From Deltaproteobacteria bacterium (GTDB lineage: Bacteria; Desulfobacterota; Syntrophobacteria; BM002), in contig JAJDNL010000197.1 in NCBI GenBank assembly GCA_022340745.1, forward strand, positions 1 to 61,501: 61,501 nucleotides of DNA. Reading direction: 5' to 3'. This document shows positions 45,251 to 55,872 of the stretch, in pieces. The first letter of the stretch is position 1; the number at the start of each line of letters is the position of its first letter. The notes beneath the pieces are model-generated. The model ran no database searches and was not told the origin of the DNA. It saw nothing but the letters and a program-made list of their open reading frames with translations. A program made the translations under genes and the position numbers.

Positions 45251-45994
45251 GTGGCGAAGCTGGCAGTGAATGTGAATCATGTGGCTACTTTGAGACAAGC
45301 GCGCCAAACCGAGGAGCCGGACCCGGTCACCGCTGCGGCTCTCGCGGAACTTGCTGGAGCCCAGGGAATTATCGTCCATCTGCGGGAGGACAGGCGTCAC
45401 ATCCAGGAACGTGATCTGAATCTATTGAGACAGACGGTGAAGACCAAATTGAACCTGGAAATGGCTGCAACCCAGGAAACGATCAAGATCGCCCTAAGCC
45501 TTAAGCCTGACATGGTTACACTAGTACCGGAAAAACGGGAAGACCGCATCACTGAAGGCGGTTTAGAGGTTCAACTGAACAGAGAAAATCTAAAAAAGTA
45601 CATCCGACTGTTCAGGGACGCTGACATTATGGTGAGTCTTCTCATCAACGCTGATCTGGATCAGGTGAAGGCAGCACAGTGGGTGGAGACCGATTACATT
45701 CAGGTTCACACGGGCACTTTCTGCGAAGCACGAACAATAAGCGCAAGACAGGAAGAATTCGATCGGATTCAAAACGCGGTGAAGTTGGCTCACAAGGTTG
45801 GCCTTGGAGTAAATGCTGGCCACGGCTTGCACTACCGCAACATTGCCTGGCTGGCGGATGTTGCAGAAATAGAAGAATTCAATGTCGGGCATGCCATAGT
45901 AGCTCGGGCAGTGCTGGTTGGTTTTGAGCGAGCTGTCCGTGAGATGGTGGGTTTGATCACCTGGGGAGCCACGTGGCGGCGAACAGGTCCATGA
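45251..45994 (+). CDS. pdxJ: Pyridoxine 5'-phosphate synthase
   Basis: It has LAVNVNHVATLRQAR and HLREDRRHI. The GTG start at 45251 follows GGAGG. Confidence 0.9.
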   Translation: MAKLAVNVNHVATLRQARQTEEPDPVTAAALAELAGAQGIIVHLREDRRHIQERDLNLLRQTVKTKLNLEMAATQETIKIALSLKPDMVTLVPEKREDRITEGGLEVQLNRENLKKYIRLFRDADIMVSLLINADLDQVKAAQWVETDYIQVHTGTFCEARTISARQEEFDRIQNAVKLAHKVGLGVNAGHGLHYRNIAWLADVAEIEEFNVGHAIVARAVLVGFERAVREMVGLITWGATWRRTGP

Positions 45995-46368
45995 TTCGAG
46001 GGATAGGCGTTGATATAGTTAAGGTGGACCGCATAGAGAAGGCGGTGGCACGCTGGGGCTATCGTTTCTTGAAGCGTATCTTTACGGCAGCTGAAATCGA
46101 GCGTTGTCAGAAACGTGCCCGACCGGCACAATGCTTGGCATTGCGGTTTGCGGCCAAGGAAGCTTTTGCCAAGGCTTTGGGTTTAGGAATGCGTAAGGGT
46201 CTACGCTGGCGCGATATCGAAGTTGTGCACGATAATTTTGGTAAGCCTGACTTATTGTTGCACAATCAGGCCCAACGGTTGCTCGAGGCTGTGGAAGCCA
46301 GTAGAACCTGGTTGAGCCTCTCGGATGAACGCGAATCCGCTCTTGCGGTAGTAGTGCTTGAAGGATAG
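45991..46368 (+). CDS. acpS: Holo-[acyl-carrier-protein] synthase
   Basis: It begins MIRGIGVDIVKVDRIE and overlaps the pdxJ stop (ATGA). Confidence 0.9.
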   Translation: MIRGIGVDIVKVDRIEKAVARWGYRFLKRIFTAAEIERCQKRARPAQCLALRFAAKEAFAKALGLGMRKGLRWRDIEVVHDNFGKPDLLLHNQAQRLLEAVEASRTWLSLSDERESALAVVVLEG

Positions 46369-46373
46369 CGAGA

Positions 46374-47927
46374 ATGCGCGCGGTGACAGCCGAAGAAATG
46401 GCCGAAATGGACCGTACCGCCATCGAAGTGGTGGGTATTCCCGGTATTGTCCTCATGGAGAATGCCGGTCGTGGTGCCACAGAGGTCATGTACCGCTATT
46501 TCCCCGAACTGAGAGGGAAACGGGTAGCAGTACTTGCTGGCGGAGGCAACAACGGCGGTGATGGCTTTGTGATTGCCCGCCACCTCTGGCAACAAAGGGT
46601 AGAGGTTTCCGTCTGCTGTCTAAAGAAGCGGGAACGCTATCAAGGCGACGCCAAAATAAATTTAAAGATCATTGAGAAGCTGGGTGTCCCCGTCGAGGAA
46701 TACACTGACAGTGGTTCTCTAACCGCATTGAAAGAGGAATTATTGGAAGCCGACCTGCTGGTGGACGCTATCCTAGGGACAGGACTGAAGGCCCCGGTGC
46801 GAGGCTTTTATCGAGAAATCATAGATATGGTTAACCAGCTTGCAGGACCGGTGTTAGCGGTAGATTTGCCTTCGGGGCTGAGTGCCACCAGCGGTCTCCC
46901 ACTGGGTACCTGCATTCAGGCCACTGTGACCGCCACCTTTGGATTACCCAAGGTTGGTCAGTTGGTTACACCGGGCTGCGCCTCTGTGGGTCACCTGGAG
47001 GTAGTTGATATCGGGCTGCCGAGAAGTGTTACGGAAACTCCAGATCCACCCAGGATTTGGTTGGAAAAAGGTGATCTTGCAGGTATGCTCCGTCCTCGAT
47101 CTACCGGCAGTCACAAGGGTTCATTCGGTCACGTTCTCGTGGTGGGCGGCTCAGTGGGAAAGACCGGCGCCGGTGCTATGACTGGTTTAGGTGCGGCGCG
47201 GGCCGGTGCCGGCCTGGTAACCCTGGCGGTGCCGACCTCCTTACATGGGCTTATGGAGGTCAAACTCACAGAAGTCATGACTGAGCCCCTAGCAGAAACT
47301 GCTGATCAAACAGTGTCTTCTGAGGCTCTGCCGAGGCTGCAAACACTACTCGAGGACAAGCAAGTCCTGGCTCTCGGGCCGGGAATCTCTGTCCACGAAG
47401 AGACCGCTCAGGTAGTACTGAAACTGGTGGAGAGCAGCCCCTGTCCAATAGTTCTTGATGCTGACGGAATTAATGGACTGGTGGATAATTTGGATGTTCT
47501 GGTCAGGGCCAAGGCACCGGTGATCCTGACACCACATCCAGGGGAGATGGGCCGGTTGTTGAAGCGCAGCGCAGCCGAGGTGCAAAATGAACGGCTTGCT
47601 TTGGCCCAATCCTTTAGCCAGGAATATGGTGTAACGCTCGTACTCAAAGGGGCGCGAACACTTATCAGCAGCCCGGAAGGGCGGTTGGCGATAAACAGTA
47701 CCGGCAATCCTGGGCTTGCCAGCGGTGGCACTGGTGATGTACTCACCGGATTGATTGCCGGCTTTGTGGCTCAGGGGTTTTCGCCCTTTGAGGCCGCCTG
47801 CATGGGAGTCTACTGCCACGGCAAGGCAGCTGACCGCTTGGCTAAACGCTTGGGTGAGCAGGGTATGCTGGCAATGGATCTGCTGCCGGAAATACCTGCA
47901 GTGCTGAAGTCTTTGGTTGAACATTGA
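46374..47927 (+). CDS. nnr: Bifunctional NAD(P)H-hydrate repair enzyme Nnr (epimerase + ADP-dependent dehydratase)
   Basis: It has YjeF_N (GGGNNGGDG) and a C-terminal carbohydrate-kinase-like domain (GGTGDVLTG). Confidence 0.9.
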   Translation: MRAVTAEEMAEMDRTAIEVVGIPGIVLMENAGRGATEVMYRYFPELRGKRVAVLAGGGNNGGDGFVIARHLWQQRVEVSVCCLKKRERYQGDAKINLKIIEKLGVPVEEYTDSGSLTALKEELLEADLLVDAILGTGLKAPVRGFYREIIDMVNQLAGPVLAVDLPSGLSATSGLPLGTCIQATVTATFGLPKVGQLVTPGCASVGHLEVVDIGLPRSVTETPDPPRIWLEKGDLAGMLRPRSTGSHKGSFGHVLVVGGSVGKTGAGAMTGLGAARAGAGLVTLAVPTSLHGLMEVKLTEVMTEPLAETADQTVSSEALPRLQTLLEDKQVLALGPGISVHEETAQVVLKLVESSPCPIVLDADGINGLVDNLDVLVRAKAPVILTPHPGEMGRLLKRSAAEVQNERLALAQSFSQEYGVTLVLKGARTLISSPEGRLAINSTGNPGLASGGTGDVLTGLIAGFVAQGFSPFEAACMGVYCHGKAADRLAKRLGEQGMLAMDLLPEIPAVLKSLVEH

Positions 47928-47931
47928 AAAC

Positions 47932-48080
47932 GAGCAGGCAGCAGGCAGCAGACAGCCAGCAGTAGGTAGATTTCACATTTCTCATTACCCATTTATCATT
48001 TGAAATTGGGGCATTAAGTCAAAGGAGCATGAGATCTGAGCAAAAAATGATAGATGAGAAATGAGCAATGCGAAATGAAA
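47932..48080. repeat. Stutter tracts (GCAGGCA/CAGCAGN)n and hairpin (TTTCWCATT)n / (AAATGAGNA)n
   Basis: Read directly. The right arm contains the tsaE start codon. Confidence 0.7.
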
Positions 48081-48565
48081 GACCCCTGCGCACATGGGAA
48101 AGGCGCACCGAAAGCCCTGAACAAACTCAGTCACTTGCCGAGCGACTAGGCCGGTTACTCCAGCCAGGTGATGTGGTTGCCTTGGTGGGGGAATTAGGCA
48201 GCGGCAAGACTCTTTTTTCTCAAGGACTGGCCCGGGGATTGGAGGTTCCGGAGACCTTCTACATTACCAGCCCGACCTTTCCCATGATAAACGAGTATCC
48301 CGGAAGAATACCCTTCTATCATATGGATTTGTACAGAGTTGATAGCGCTGCGGAGTTCACTGAGCTCGGGATAGAAGAGATCCTTTACGGGCAGGGGACA
48401 GTGGCAATTGAATGGGCTGAACGCTTAGGTGAGAATCTGCCAGAGGAGCGGTTGGAAGTTCACCTGGCATTTAATGATGAAACCGGGCGAAGTCTCACTT
48501 TTCATGCATTCGGGGTGAAGGCAAAAAAGCTTCTGGATTCACTGATTCAGGTATTCAGGGATTAG
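48068..48565 (+). CDS. tsaE: tRNA t6A37 biosynthesis ATPase TsaE
   Basis: It has the P-loop GELGSGKT and a conserved HMDLYR. Confidence 0.85.
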   Translation: MRNERPLRTWERRTESPEQTQSLAERLGRLLQPGDVVALVGELGSGKTLFSQGLARGLEVPETFYITSPTFPMINEYPGRIPFYHMDLYRVDSAAEFTELGIEEILYGQGTVAIEWAERLGENLPEERLEVHLAFNDETGRSLTFHAFGVKAKKLLDSLIQVFRD

Positions 48566-48695
48566 GGAATTTAGGAATTTAAGATTTCAGCGACTAGACA
48601 ATTGTGGTTCAAAGTAACAAAGTAGTAAAGTTGCTAATCCCTCAATCCCTCAATCCCTCAATCCCTCAATCTCTTAATCCCTCAATTTTCTAATC
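48554..48695. repeat. Stutter hairpin (GGGATTW/GGAATTT)n, loop, (CCCTCAAT)5 octamers
   Basis: Read directly. The left arm overlaps the tsaE stop. Confidence 0.85.
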
Positions 48696-48826
48696 ATTCC
48701 TTGCTTTTTTCCATTGACACTCGCCACCGTATAGGTCATCCTAAAAATTTTATAGTGAAAATCTTCCAGATCCGCACGGGCTATGGCGAAAGGGCCGAGT
48801 TGCTGATATTGAGGGGAGTTTGCCCA

Positions 48827-50068
48827 ATGGCGCTCATCGTTCAAAAATACGGCGGAACTTCGGTGGCCAACACCGAGAGAATTAAGAAGGTGGCTGAGCG
48901 CGTCATCGCCACCCGCAACGCCGGTCATGACGTGGTGGTAGTGCTTTCTGCCATGGCTGGAGAAACCGACAGGTTGATTCAGTTAGCACAAGAGGTGGCT
49001 GAGCGACCGGACCCCCGGGAACAGGATGTGCTGCTTGCTACGGGTGAGCAAGTCACGATCTCTCTTTTCAGTATTGCCGTAAAACAGATGGGGCACGAGG
49101 CCCAGTCTCTGCTAGGCCATCAGGCGCGAATATATACGGACCACGCTTATGGCCGAGCGCGCATAAGTGAAATTCGCACTGAACCGATCTGGCATAACAT
49201 CTATAAAGGTTGCATCCCGGTTATCGCTGGTTTCCAGGGTCTAGATGGAAGAGGCAACATTACCACTCTTGGTAGGGGGGGCTCAGACACCACGGCTGTT
49301 GCCGTGGCTGCTGCCCTTGCTGCTGATGTTTGCGAGATTTACACCGATGTGGCCGGAGTGTACACCACCGATCCCAACATCTACCATAAGGCGAGGAAGC
49401 TACAGCGCATTGCTTACGATGAGATGTTGGAAATGGCCAGCATGGGGGCCACGGTGTTGCACATTCGCTCGGTGGAATTTGCCAAAAAATTCAATGTACC
49501 TGTCCATGTGCGCTCTTCTTTTGTGGATGAGTCTGGTACTATGGTGGTTAAGGAGGAAAAGTCCATGGAACAAGTGATGGTCTCTGGTGTCGCTTACAGC
49601 AAAGGTGACGCCCGCATCACGCTGGCAGGACTACCTGATGTACCCGGTGTTGCCGCCCGGATATTTACCGAAATCGCCAAAGAGGGCATCGTGGTGGATA
49701 TGATCATTCAGGGCAGCACCGGCGACAGAAGCTTGGCCAACCTGAGTTTCACTGTTCCCCGGTTGGATCGCCAAGCCGCTATTGGTGTCCTGGAGGGGAT
49801 GAAAAAAGAGTGGACAGATTTGGATATCTCCAGCGATGAGAATATTGCCAAGATATCTGTCATCGGAGTGGGCATGCGTCACCATGCCGGAGTCGCTGCT
49901 AAGATGTTTCAAGCGCTGGGCCACGAGGGTATCAATATTCATATGATCAGCACCTCGGAAATCAAGGTTTCCTGCGTGATAGACGATAGCCACACGGCCA
50001 AAGCCGTACAGATTCTCCACGATGTTTTTGAATTAGATCAACCGTTGCAACACGAGATCCCAAAGTAG
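48827..50068 (+). CDS. lysC: Aspartate kinase (monofunctional, two ACT domains)
   Basis: It begins MALIVQKYGGTSV and has SAMAGETD, GRGGSDTTA and C-terminal ACT repeats. Confidence 0.95.
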   Translation: MALIVQKYGGTSVANTERIKKVAERVIATRNAGHDVVVVLSAMAGETDRLIQLAQEVAERPDPREQDVLLATGEQVTISLFSIAVKQMGHEAQSLLGHQARIYTDHAYGRARISEIRTEPIWHNIYKGCIPVIAGFQGLDGRGNITTLGRGGSDTTAVAVAAALAADVCEIYTDVAGVYTTDPNIYHKARKLQRIAYDEMLEMASMGATVLHIRSVEFAKKFNVPVHVRSSFVDESGTMVVKEEKSMEQVMVSGVAYSKGDARITLAGLPDVPGVAARIFTEIAKEGIVVDMIIQGSTGDRSLANLSFTVPRLDRQAAIGVLEGMKKEWTDLDISSDENIAKISVIGVGMRHHAGVAAKMFQALGHEGINIHMISTSEIKVSCVIDDSHTAKAVQILHDVFELDQPLQHEIPK

Positions 50069-50140
50069 GTTGGGGGTTGATTGTTTCATAACGCGTTCCT
50101 ATGAGTTACACTTTGTTGTGGCCCAAGGACGAGAGAGGGC

Positions 50141-50170
50141 AGAAGGCACTAGGCACTAGACACTAAATAC
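50141..50170. repeat. Heptamer tract (GGCACTA)3
   Basis: The sequence is GAAGGCACTAGGCACTAGACACTAAATAC. A relative lies at 36704-36721. Confidence 0.6.
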
Positions 50171-50192
50171 GAAAAAAGGGAGTCAGAATTAA

Positions 50193-50253
50193 GGTTTCAG
50201 ATTTCCGTGTTTAGCTTTTGTGTTCTCTTCCCTGACACCCGACACCTGAAACC
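50193..50253. repeat. GGTTTCAG/CCTGACACC element, degenerate copy
   Basis: The sequence is GGTTTCAGATTTCCGTGTTTAG...TTCCCTGACACCCGACACCTGAAACC. Confidence 0.7.
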
Positions 50254-50365
50254 TTGAAATTTCTGATTTAAGCGATGTTCAATGGATTTTTCAGCTGATC
50301 GCTGACGGCTGTCCGCTGATTGCTACAATGAATACATTGCGCCAATAAAGGAATAGGAAAGAGAT

Positions 50366-51949
50366 ATGCGTAAGATAGAAATTTATGACACCACGTTGAG
50401 GGATGGAACCCAGGCTGAAGACTTCAACCTTTCCTTGGAAGATAAGATTCGCACTTCCAAGAAGCTTGACGAGCTGGGCATACATTACATCGAGGGTGGC
50501 TGGCCGGGATCAAATCCGAAGGATGTGGCCTATTTCAAGGAAATCAAGAACTACGAATTGAAACATTCGAAAGTTGCAGCTTTCGGCAGCACGCACAACC
50601 CTCGCTCCTCAGCGGCTAAGGACCGCAACCTGGACGCACTGCTCAAAGCAAAAACCGAAGTGATTACCATCTTTGGCAAGAGCTGGGATGTACACGTGCG
50701 CGACGCCTTGCGAACCACACTTGAGCGCAATCTGGAAATTATCCACGATTCTCTGGCTTTTCTGCGGCCGAAGGCATGGAAACTGTTTTACGATGCCGAA
50801 CATTTCTTTGATGGCTTTAAGGCCGACCCTGAATACGCACTTGCCACCCTCAAATCAGCGGTGAAAGCAGGGGCCGACTGCCTTGTTCTCTGTGATACCA
50901 ATGGCGGAACCCTCACCACAGAACTGCAGAAGATCATCCGGCGGGTCAAAAAGGAGTTGCCCAAGGCGGAATTGGGCATACACACTCACAACGACTCGGA
51001 GTTGGCTGTGGCCAACTCGCTGGCGGCTGTGGAACTGGGTGCAAACCATGTTCAGGGCACCATGAACGGGGTAGGGGAGCGCTGCGGCAACGCCAATCTT
51101 TGTAGCATTATCCCAGCCATCAGACTCAAGATGAAGCTGGATTGCATTTCCGACGAGCAGCTCGCCAAGTTGCGTGAGAGTTCTCGGTACATCCTTGAAC
51201 TGGCCAACATTCGGCCCCACAGATATCAACCCTATGTGGGGAGGAGCGCTTTTGCCCACAAGGGGGGGATACACGTGGCCGCAGTTGAGCGCAACCCCGA
51301 AACATACGAGCATCTGCAGCCGGAGCTGATCGGCAACCGCCGGCGAGTTTTGGTGTCAGACCTTTCCGGTAGGAGCACAATCAGACAGAAAGCTGAGCAG
51401 TACGGCCTGAAGATTTCCAGCAAGGATCCCGTTGCCATGCAGGTTTTAGAAGAGCTCAAACAGCTGGAACACGAGGGTTTTCAGTACGAGGCGGCGGAAG
51501 GCTCTTTCGAGTTGCTGCTGAACAAGGCAGTGGGGAAGGTGAAACGATACTTCGAACTCGTTGGCTTTAGAGTTCTGGTGTCCAAAACGGATGAAGGCCA
51601 ACCGCCGGAGTCTGAGGCCACCGTCATGGTAAAAGTCGGTGGCAAAGTGGAGCATACTGCTGCCACGGGAGTGGGGCCGGTAAATGCACTTGACACTGCG
51701 CTGCGCAAGGCCCTGGAGAAATTTTATCCGGAACTCGCAGATATGAAACTCAACGATTACAAGGTGAGGGTCTTACCCGGTAAAGAAGGAACCGCTGCCA
51801 AAGTCCGGGTGCTCATCGAGTCGGTTGATCGTGAAAACGTATGGGGTACGGTGGGAGTCTCGGAAAACATTCTCGAGGCCAGCTGGCTGGCTCTGGTAGA
51901 CAGCATCAACTACAAGATGTTCAAGGACGAGAACGACAAGAAAAAATAA
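50366..51949 (+). CDS. cimA: (R)-citramalate synthase (LeuA/CimA family)
   Basis: It has [18 protein letters not shown] and a C-terminal LeuA-dimer regulatory domain. At about 527 aa its length is typical of CimA. Confidence 0.8.
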   Translation: MRKIEIYDTTLRDGTQAEDFNLSLEDKIRTSKKLDELGIHYIEGGWPGSNPKDVAYFKEIKNYELKHSKVAAFGSTHNPRSSAAKDRNLDALLKAKTEVITIFGKSWDVHVRDALRTTLERNLEIIHDSLAFLRPKAWKLFYDAEHFFDGFKADPEYALATLKSAVKAGADCLVLCDTNGGTLTTELQKIIRRVKKELPKAELGIHTHNDSELAVANSLAAVELGANHVQGTMNGVGERCGNANLCSIIPAIRLKMKLDCISDEQLAKLRESSRYILELANIRPHRYQPYVGRSAFAHKGGIHVAAVERNPETYEHLQPELIGNRRRVLVSDLSGRSTIRQKAEQYGLKISSKDPVAMQVLEELKQLEHEGFQYEAAEGSFELLLNKAVGKVKRYFELVGFRVLVSKTDEGQPPESEATVMVKVGGKVEHTAATGVGPVNALDTALRKALEKFYPELADMKLNDYKVRVLPGKEGTAAKVRVLIESVDRENVWGTVGVSENILEASWLALVDSINYKMFKDENDKKK

Positions 51950-51976
51950 CAAAAACAACGCTAGAGAGACGCGGTA

Positions 51977-52083
51977 CCCTACTGGAGTACTGGAGTACTG
52001 CAAAGATGAAGTACAAGACTGAATTAGAAATATCTTCCTTTTTCCCCATTACTCAACAACTCCAGCACTCCAATACTCCAAAC
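51977..52083. repeat. Stutter hairpin (TACTGGAG)2-3, loop, (CTCCAN..)n
   Basis: CCCTACTGGAGTACTGGAGTACTGC pairs with CAACTCCAGCACTCCAATACTCCAAAC. Confidence 0.7.
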
Positions 52084-52155
52084 TAGTCGATGTGAAAACA
52101 TAAGTTGGCATTACGTTTCCTGCCAACGATCAGAACCCCGACGTCTCAGGATGAG

Positions 52156-52740
52156 ATGAACCGTTTTTCCCACTCTCAAACAGCTATCATCATTCTGGTG
52201 TCGCTTTTTATCCTGACCTTTTATGGCTGGCGCCATTACCACCACCAGCACCAAGGTGGAGAGTCCTCTCTCTTTCTTCCCACGAAATTAATCATCCAAG
52301 TAAGCGGTGAGGTTCGTAATCCTGGAATATACTTCTTCGATCCACCAGTCACAGTAAGTGAGACGGTGGCCGGCGCTGGGGGACTACTGCCGCAGTTGAA
52401 TCAGCAGTCAGGGTGGACCAGCGTGGAAGTTGGTCATGCCAGACGTGTGCACATCACGGCCACTGGCGATGGCCGTGCTGGGTTGCGTCTGGGATGGATG
52501 GATGTGTCCAGCCGGTTGGCCCTGGGAGTGCCACTGGATCTCAACCAAGCATCGGCAGCAGAGTTGGCCCTGGTGCCCGGAATAACTCAGACCTTGGCCG
52601 AACGTATCGTGGCTCAGAGGAACCGCCTTGATGGGTTTTCCAGGGTGGAAGATCTTCGTGCTGTTAAGGGTATTGGGCCGGTAACACTAGAACGGCTGCA
52701 GCAGTATTTGACAGTAGGTAGCGTAGGACGACGCTGGTAG
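52156..52740 (+). CDS. comEA: ComEA-family DNA-binding protein (TM + SLBB + tandem helix-hairpin-helix)
   Basis: It has LDLNQASAAELALVPGI...LRAVKGIGPVTLERL. Confidence 0.8.
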   Translation: MNRFSHSQTAIIILVSLFILTFYGWRHYHHQHQGGESSLFLPTKLIIQVSGEVRNPGIYFFDPPVTVSETVAGAGGLLPQLNQQSGWTSVEVGHARRVHITATGDGRAGLRLGWMDVSSRLALGVPLDLNQASAAELALVPGITQTLAERIVAQRNRLDGFSRVEDLRAVKGIGPVTLERLQQYLTVGSVGRRW

Positions 52741-52910
52741 GGGGAGAAACGGCGACACGGAGATATCAGCTAGCAGCAGACAGGTGGCAGCTGGCAGGAA
52801 AAAGATATCCTTAATGTGGACTCATTGCTGCATTCTGCTTACCGAAGGCTATCAGCTATATTTCCCTATGCTCTATGCTTTCTAAAATCCGCAATCCACA
52901 ATCCGCAATG
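52741..52910. repeat. Composite stutter tract (GGAGAAACGGCGACACGGAGA)-(CAGCWGG)n ... (complement of GCATAGA)n-(complement of GCGGATT)3
   Basis: Read directly. Confidence 0.7.
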
Positions 52911-52911
52911 C

Positions 52912-54000
52912 CTAGAGTCTTCTTACTCGAATTGACCGACGCTTCTCTCGTGGGATTTCCATAGTAACCGTGGTTCCCTCCCCGACAGTACTCTCGATCT
53001 TAATGGTTCCGTCGTGGTCGTTGATGATACGCTGACTTATGGTAAGACCAAGGCCCACATGCTCATTTTTTGTGGTGAAAAGCGGGTCGAAAACGAGCAG
53101 CAGATCTTTTGGCTTGATACCGCAACCATTGTCACTGACGCTGAAGTGGATGCGGTCTTCAACAGCGGCTACCTGGATAGTGACCACCACAGTAGGGTCA
53201 CCTGATTCCAGCGCATTGGTGATTACGTTGGCCAGACCTATGGCCATAAACTCTGCATCCATGAAGGCGCTTAGCGACCGTAGCTCTTTTGCAGGCGGTG
53301 TATTCCATTCTGAGGCTGCCTGCTTTAAAGTTTCTGGAATCACATCCAGAGCCCGGTTCAGCAATTGCTCAAAATTATCATGGGCCAGGGAGGGAAGTGG
53401 TAGGGTCGTAAAATCGGCGAGGTTCCTCAGCAGTTTATCCAGCCGGCTGGCTTCTTGATAGATAATATCCTGGTAAAGCTTTTTATCTCTCTCGTCAAGC
53501 CCTTTTCTAATCAACCGGGCGGCAAAGCCACCTATCGCCGCAATCGGGTTGCGAATGTGATGAGCCATCTGATCCACGACTTTTGCCATGGACCGCACTC
53601 TTTGGGTCTCCATGCGCTCCCGCTGGAGAATTTTCAAGGTACCAATATCCTGAATAGCAGCTATGATAATATCCTGCGTTTTGCTTCGGTAGAGCGATGT
53701 GGTGATATAAGCGAAAAATTCCCGGTTCTTTCGGTCTCGCAAGAGTGCCTCACCCTCAAACCTCCCTTTTTCTCTGGTGAGTTTTATTATATTGGGCAAG
53801 AAGATCTCACAATCGTCCTCCAAAAACATGCATGAGATTATACTATCGCGCCATTCTCCTTCTCCGAACCCCAGCAGCTGTTCAGCAAAGGTATTGGTAA
53901 ATATAATTTGTCCGCCTGGCTCAAACAGAACAATTCCATGAGGGATTGAGTGCAGAATTGCTTGAAGCAGATCCTGATCAAGAGAGTTGGGGTCAGTCAT
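52912..54000 (-). CDS. Cytoplasmic PAS-domain sensor histidine kinase
   Basis: It has a PAS region, an H-box (HHIRNPIAAI), an N-box, and G1 DNGCGI and G2 GLGL motifs. There is no TM segment. Confidence 0.85.
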   Translation of the reverse strand: MTDPNSLDQDLLQAILHSIPHGIVLFEPGGQIIFTNTFAEQLLGFGEGEWRDSIISCMFLEDDCEIFLPNIIKLTREKGRFEGEALLRDRKNREFFAYITTSLYRSKTQDIIIAAIQDIGTLKILQRERMETQRVRSMAKVVDQMAHHIRNPIAAIGGFAARLIRKGLDERDKKLYQDIIYQEASRLDKLLRNLADFTTLPLPSLAHDNFEQLLNRALDVIPETLKQAASEWNTPPAKELRSLSAFMDAEFMAIGLANVITNALESGDPTVVVTIQVAAVEDRIHFSVSDNGCGIKPKDLLLVFDPLFTTKNEHVGLGLTISQRIINDHDGTIKIESTVGEGTTVTMEIPREKRRSIRVRRL

Positions 54001-54239
54001 TACCACTTCCCAGAAAGGTTCACTGCAGCACAAAGGAAAAATACAGGGTGATTCTAGAACGGAAAGGAGTTTGAGTCAACGGGCTAGGCTGAGTTGTGCA
54101 ACATCGAAAACCTGGCCCTAGGGGTTTAGTCTGGGATCCAGCCTAGCGAGGGTCAGGGCTGAATGGTTTTTTGTTTAAGATTAAACTGTGCCGAACTTTG
54201 AGTCTCACTGGGACCGGAATACAGTCTCCTTTATATTTT

Positions 54240-54346
54240 GAATATCGAACATCGAACAAGGAATATCGAACAGCAGAAATTCGAAAAAATAAGACAGTTT
54301 TTTTCACTTCGACATTCTGCGGTTCCTTGTTCTGCGGTTCTGCTGT
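54240..54346. repeat. Stutter hairpin (ATCGAAC)n, loop, (GTTCTGCG)n
   Basis: GAATATCGAACATCGAACAAGGAATATCGAACAGCAGAA pairs with TTCGACATTCTGCGGTTCCTTGTTCTGCGGTTCTGCTGTT. Confidence 0.75.
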
Positions 54347-54471
54347 TTATATTCTCAAAGACTTGCTAGCTGATAGTTGAATGCTTGTCGCTGCAGGGAA
54401 GACCGGATTCGGCAGTCTTAAAATCTTCCCATGGGCCTTTCGTGAATCGCGGCATCACCATTCAATGCAGG

Positions 54472-55464
54472 TTAGCCACCTATGGCCACCATCGGACGAT
54501 TTTGGCATTTGCGAAAGACGTCAGACTGCAAAGAATGTTTCTCGGGTTTGTTGTCAATGGAAGCTCTCAGAATTTGAGCTAGCTCGGCGTCAGTAGCACC
54601 TTGACGGAGGGGGGATTTAATGTCCACTTCCTGATCGGAAAAAAGGCAGTTGCGCAGCTTGCCGTCAGCAGTGAGACGGATGCGGTTACAGGATGGACAA
54701 AAGTGGTGACTGATAGGGCTGATAATGCCGATGACCCCTTTGGCATCGGGCCAGCGAAAATGGCGCGCCGGGCCATTGGTGTGCTGGGAGACTATTGGTT
54801 CCAGTGGGGCCACAGTAAGGAGCTTTTCAAGAATCTCATCGGAGCTGACGTAATGCTGGAGGACCCATTGGCTATCGCCATTAATGCTCATGAACTCTAT
54901 AAAGCGAATATGATACGGTCGCTGGAGGGTCAATTTCGCTAGGTCCAAAATTTCGTCGTCATTGATTCCCCGCATCACCACCACATTGATCTTTATCGGA
55001 TCGAATCCGGCGTGCTCGGCTGCTTGGATGCCGCGCCATACTCTGTCGAACTCGTCACGGCGGGTGATGTGTAGAAATTTCTGCGGTTGGAGGGTGTCGA
55101 GACTGATATTGATGCGGCGAATACCGGCACTGTAAAGATCCTGGGCAAGTTCTTCCAACATGACGCCATTGGTTGTGAGGCTGAGGCTTTGCAGGCCGGG
55201 GATTCCTGCCAAGCGGCGACAGAAGTCAGTGACCCCTTTGCGTACCAGTGGCTCTCCTCCGGTGAGCCGAACCTTGGTTATGCCCAGGTCCATCGATACT
55301 TGAATGAGATGGAGAAATTCTTCATACGTCAAAATGTCGTCGTGAGCCAGCTTGGGTGCCCCACCTAATGGAGTGCAATAAATACAACGGAGGTCGCAAC
55401 GGTCGGTGATTGAGACCCTCAGATAGTCAATTGGTCGTTGGTAGCGATCGGTGAGCAGGGCCAT
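54472..55464 (-). CDS. moaA: GTP 3',8-cyclase (molybdenum cofactor biosynthesis protein A)
   Basis: It has the radical-SAM motif CDLRCIYC and the C-terminal cluster CPSCNRIRLTADGKLRNCLF. The start is ATG 55464 (an alternative TTG lies at 55497). Confidence 0.95.
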   Translation of the reverse strand: MALLTDRYQRPIDYLRVSITDRCDLRCIYCTPLGGAPKLAHDDILTYEEFLHLIQVSMDLGITKVRLTGGEPLVRKGVTDFCRRLAGIPGLQSLSLTTNGVMLEELAQDLYSAGIRRINISLDTLQPQKFLHITRRDEFDRVWRGIQAAEHAGFDPIKINVVVMRGINDDEILDLAKLTLQRPYHIRFIEFMSINGDSQWVLQHYVSSDEILEKLLTVAPLEPIVSQHTNGPARHFRWPDAKGVIGIISPISHHFCPSCNRIRLTADGKLRNCLFSDQEVDIKSPLRQGATDAELAQILRASIDNKPEKHSLQSDVFRKCQNRPMVAIGG

Positions 55465-55547
55465 GGCAATTCCCGGGAGCGAATTGGGCGCAATCAAAAG
55501 AAGTCCACAAAGTTCAAGACCAAGGGTTCCTTTATGTCTTTTTTGAC

Positions 55548-55576
55548 ATAATAGAAGAGGGGGTCATCGAAGTCAA
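55548..55576 (-). promoter_or_regulatory. Putative sigma-70-type promoter of moaA (TTGACT-17-TATTAT)
   Basis: The hexamers were read on the reverse strand, about 85 nt upstream of the moaA ATG. Confidence 0.4.
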
Positions 55577-55591
55577 GAAATTTGGGAAATA

Positions 55592-55744
55592 CGCGTAGCG
55601 CATAGCGCAAAGCGCAAAGCGAACGACGCGAGAATGCGAAAAAACGGAGACGCGGCGAATGTTCTTTTCATCTACTGTCTTTTAGCTATGTATCCTTATA
55701 ATTTTAGACATTTTAGCTCAATTTAGACACTTTAGGCATTTCAG
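55592..55744. repeat. Stutter tracts (GCGCAWA)4-(GGAGACGCGGCGAA) ... (TTTAGNC)5
   Basis: Read directly. Confidence 0.7.
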
Positions 55745-55872
55745 TGACTGTAGGGTGGGCATTGCCAACCAATGAACAAGCAACCAATAAAGACTCGGAA
55801 GCCAATTTTGCAGTAGATTATTGCATGTGTTAGGGTAGAATCTTGGTTGGCTAATATATGAGGATAGAGCGG

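Noticed and set aside
48696-48826. Lysine riboswitch upstream of lysC
   Set aside because: The available leader is short, and I could not recognise any L-box elements. The adjacent sequence is stutter repeat.
55465-55547. Moco riboswitch in the moaA leader
   Set aside because: The leader predicted from the TTGACT-17-TATTAT promoter is only about 80 nt, and I could not recognise the conserved Moco-motif elements. A covariance-model scan is needed to exclude it formally.
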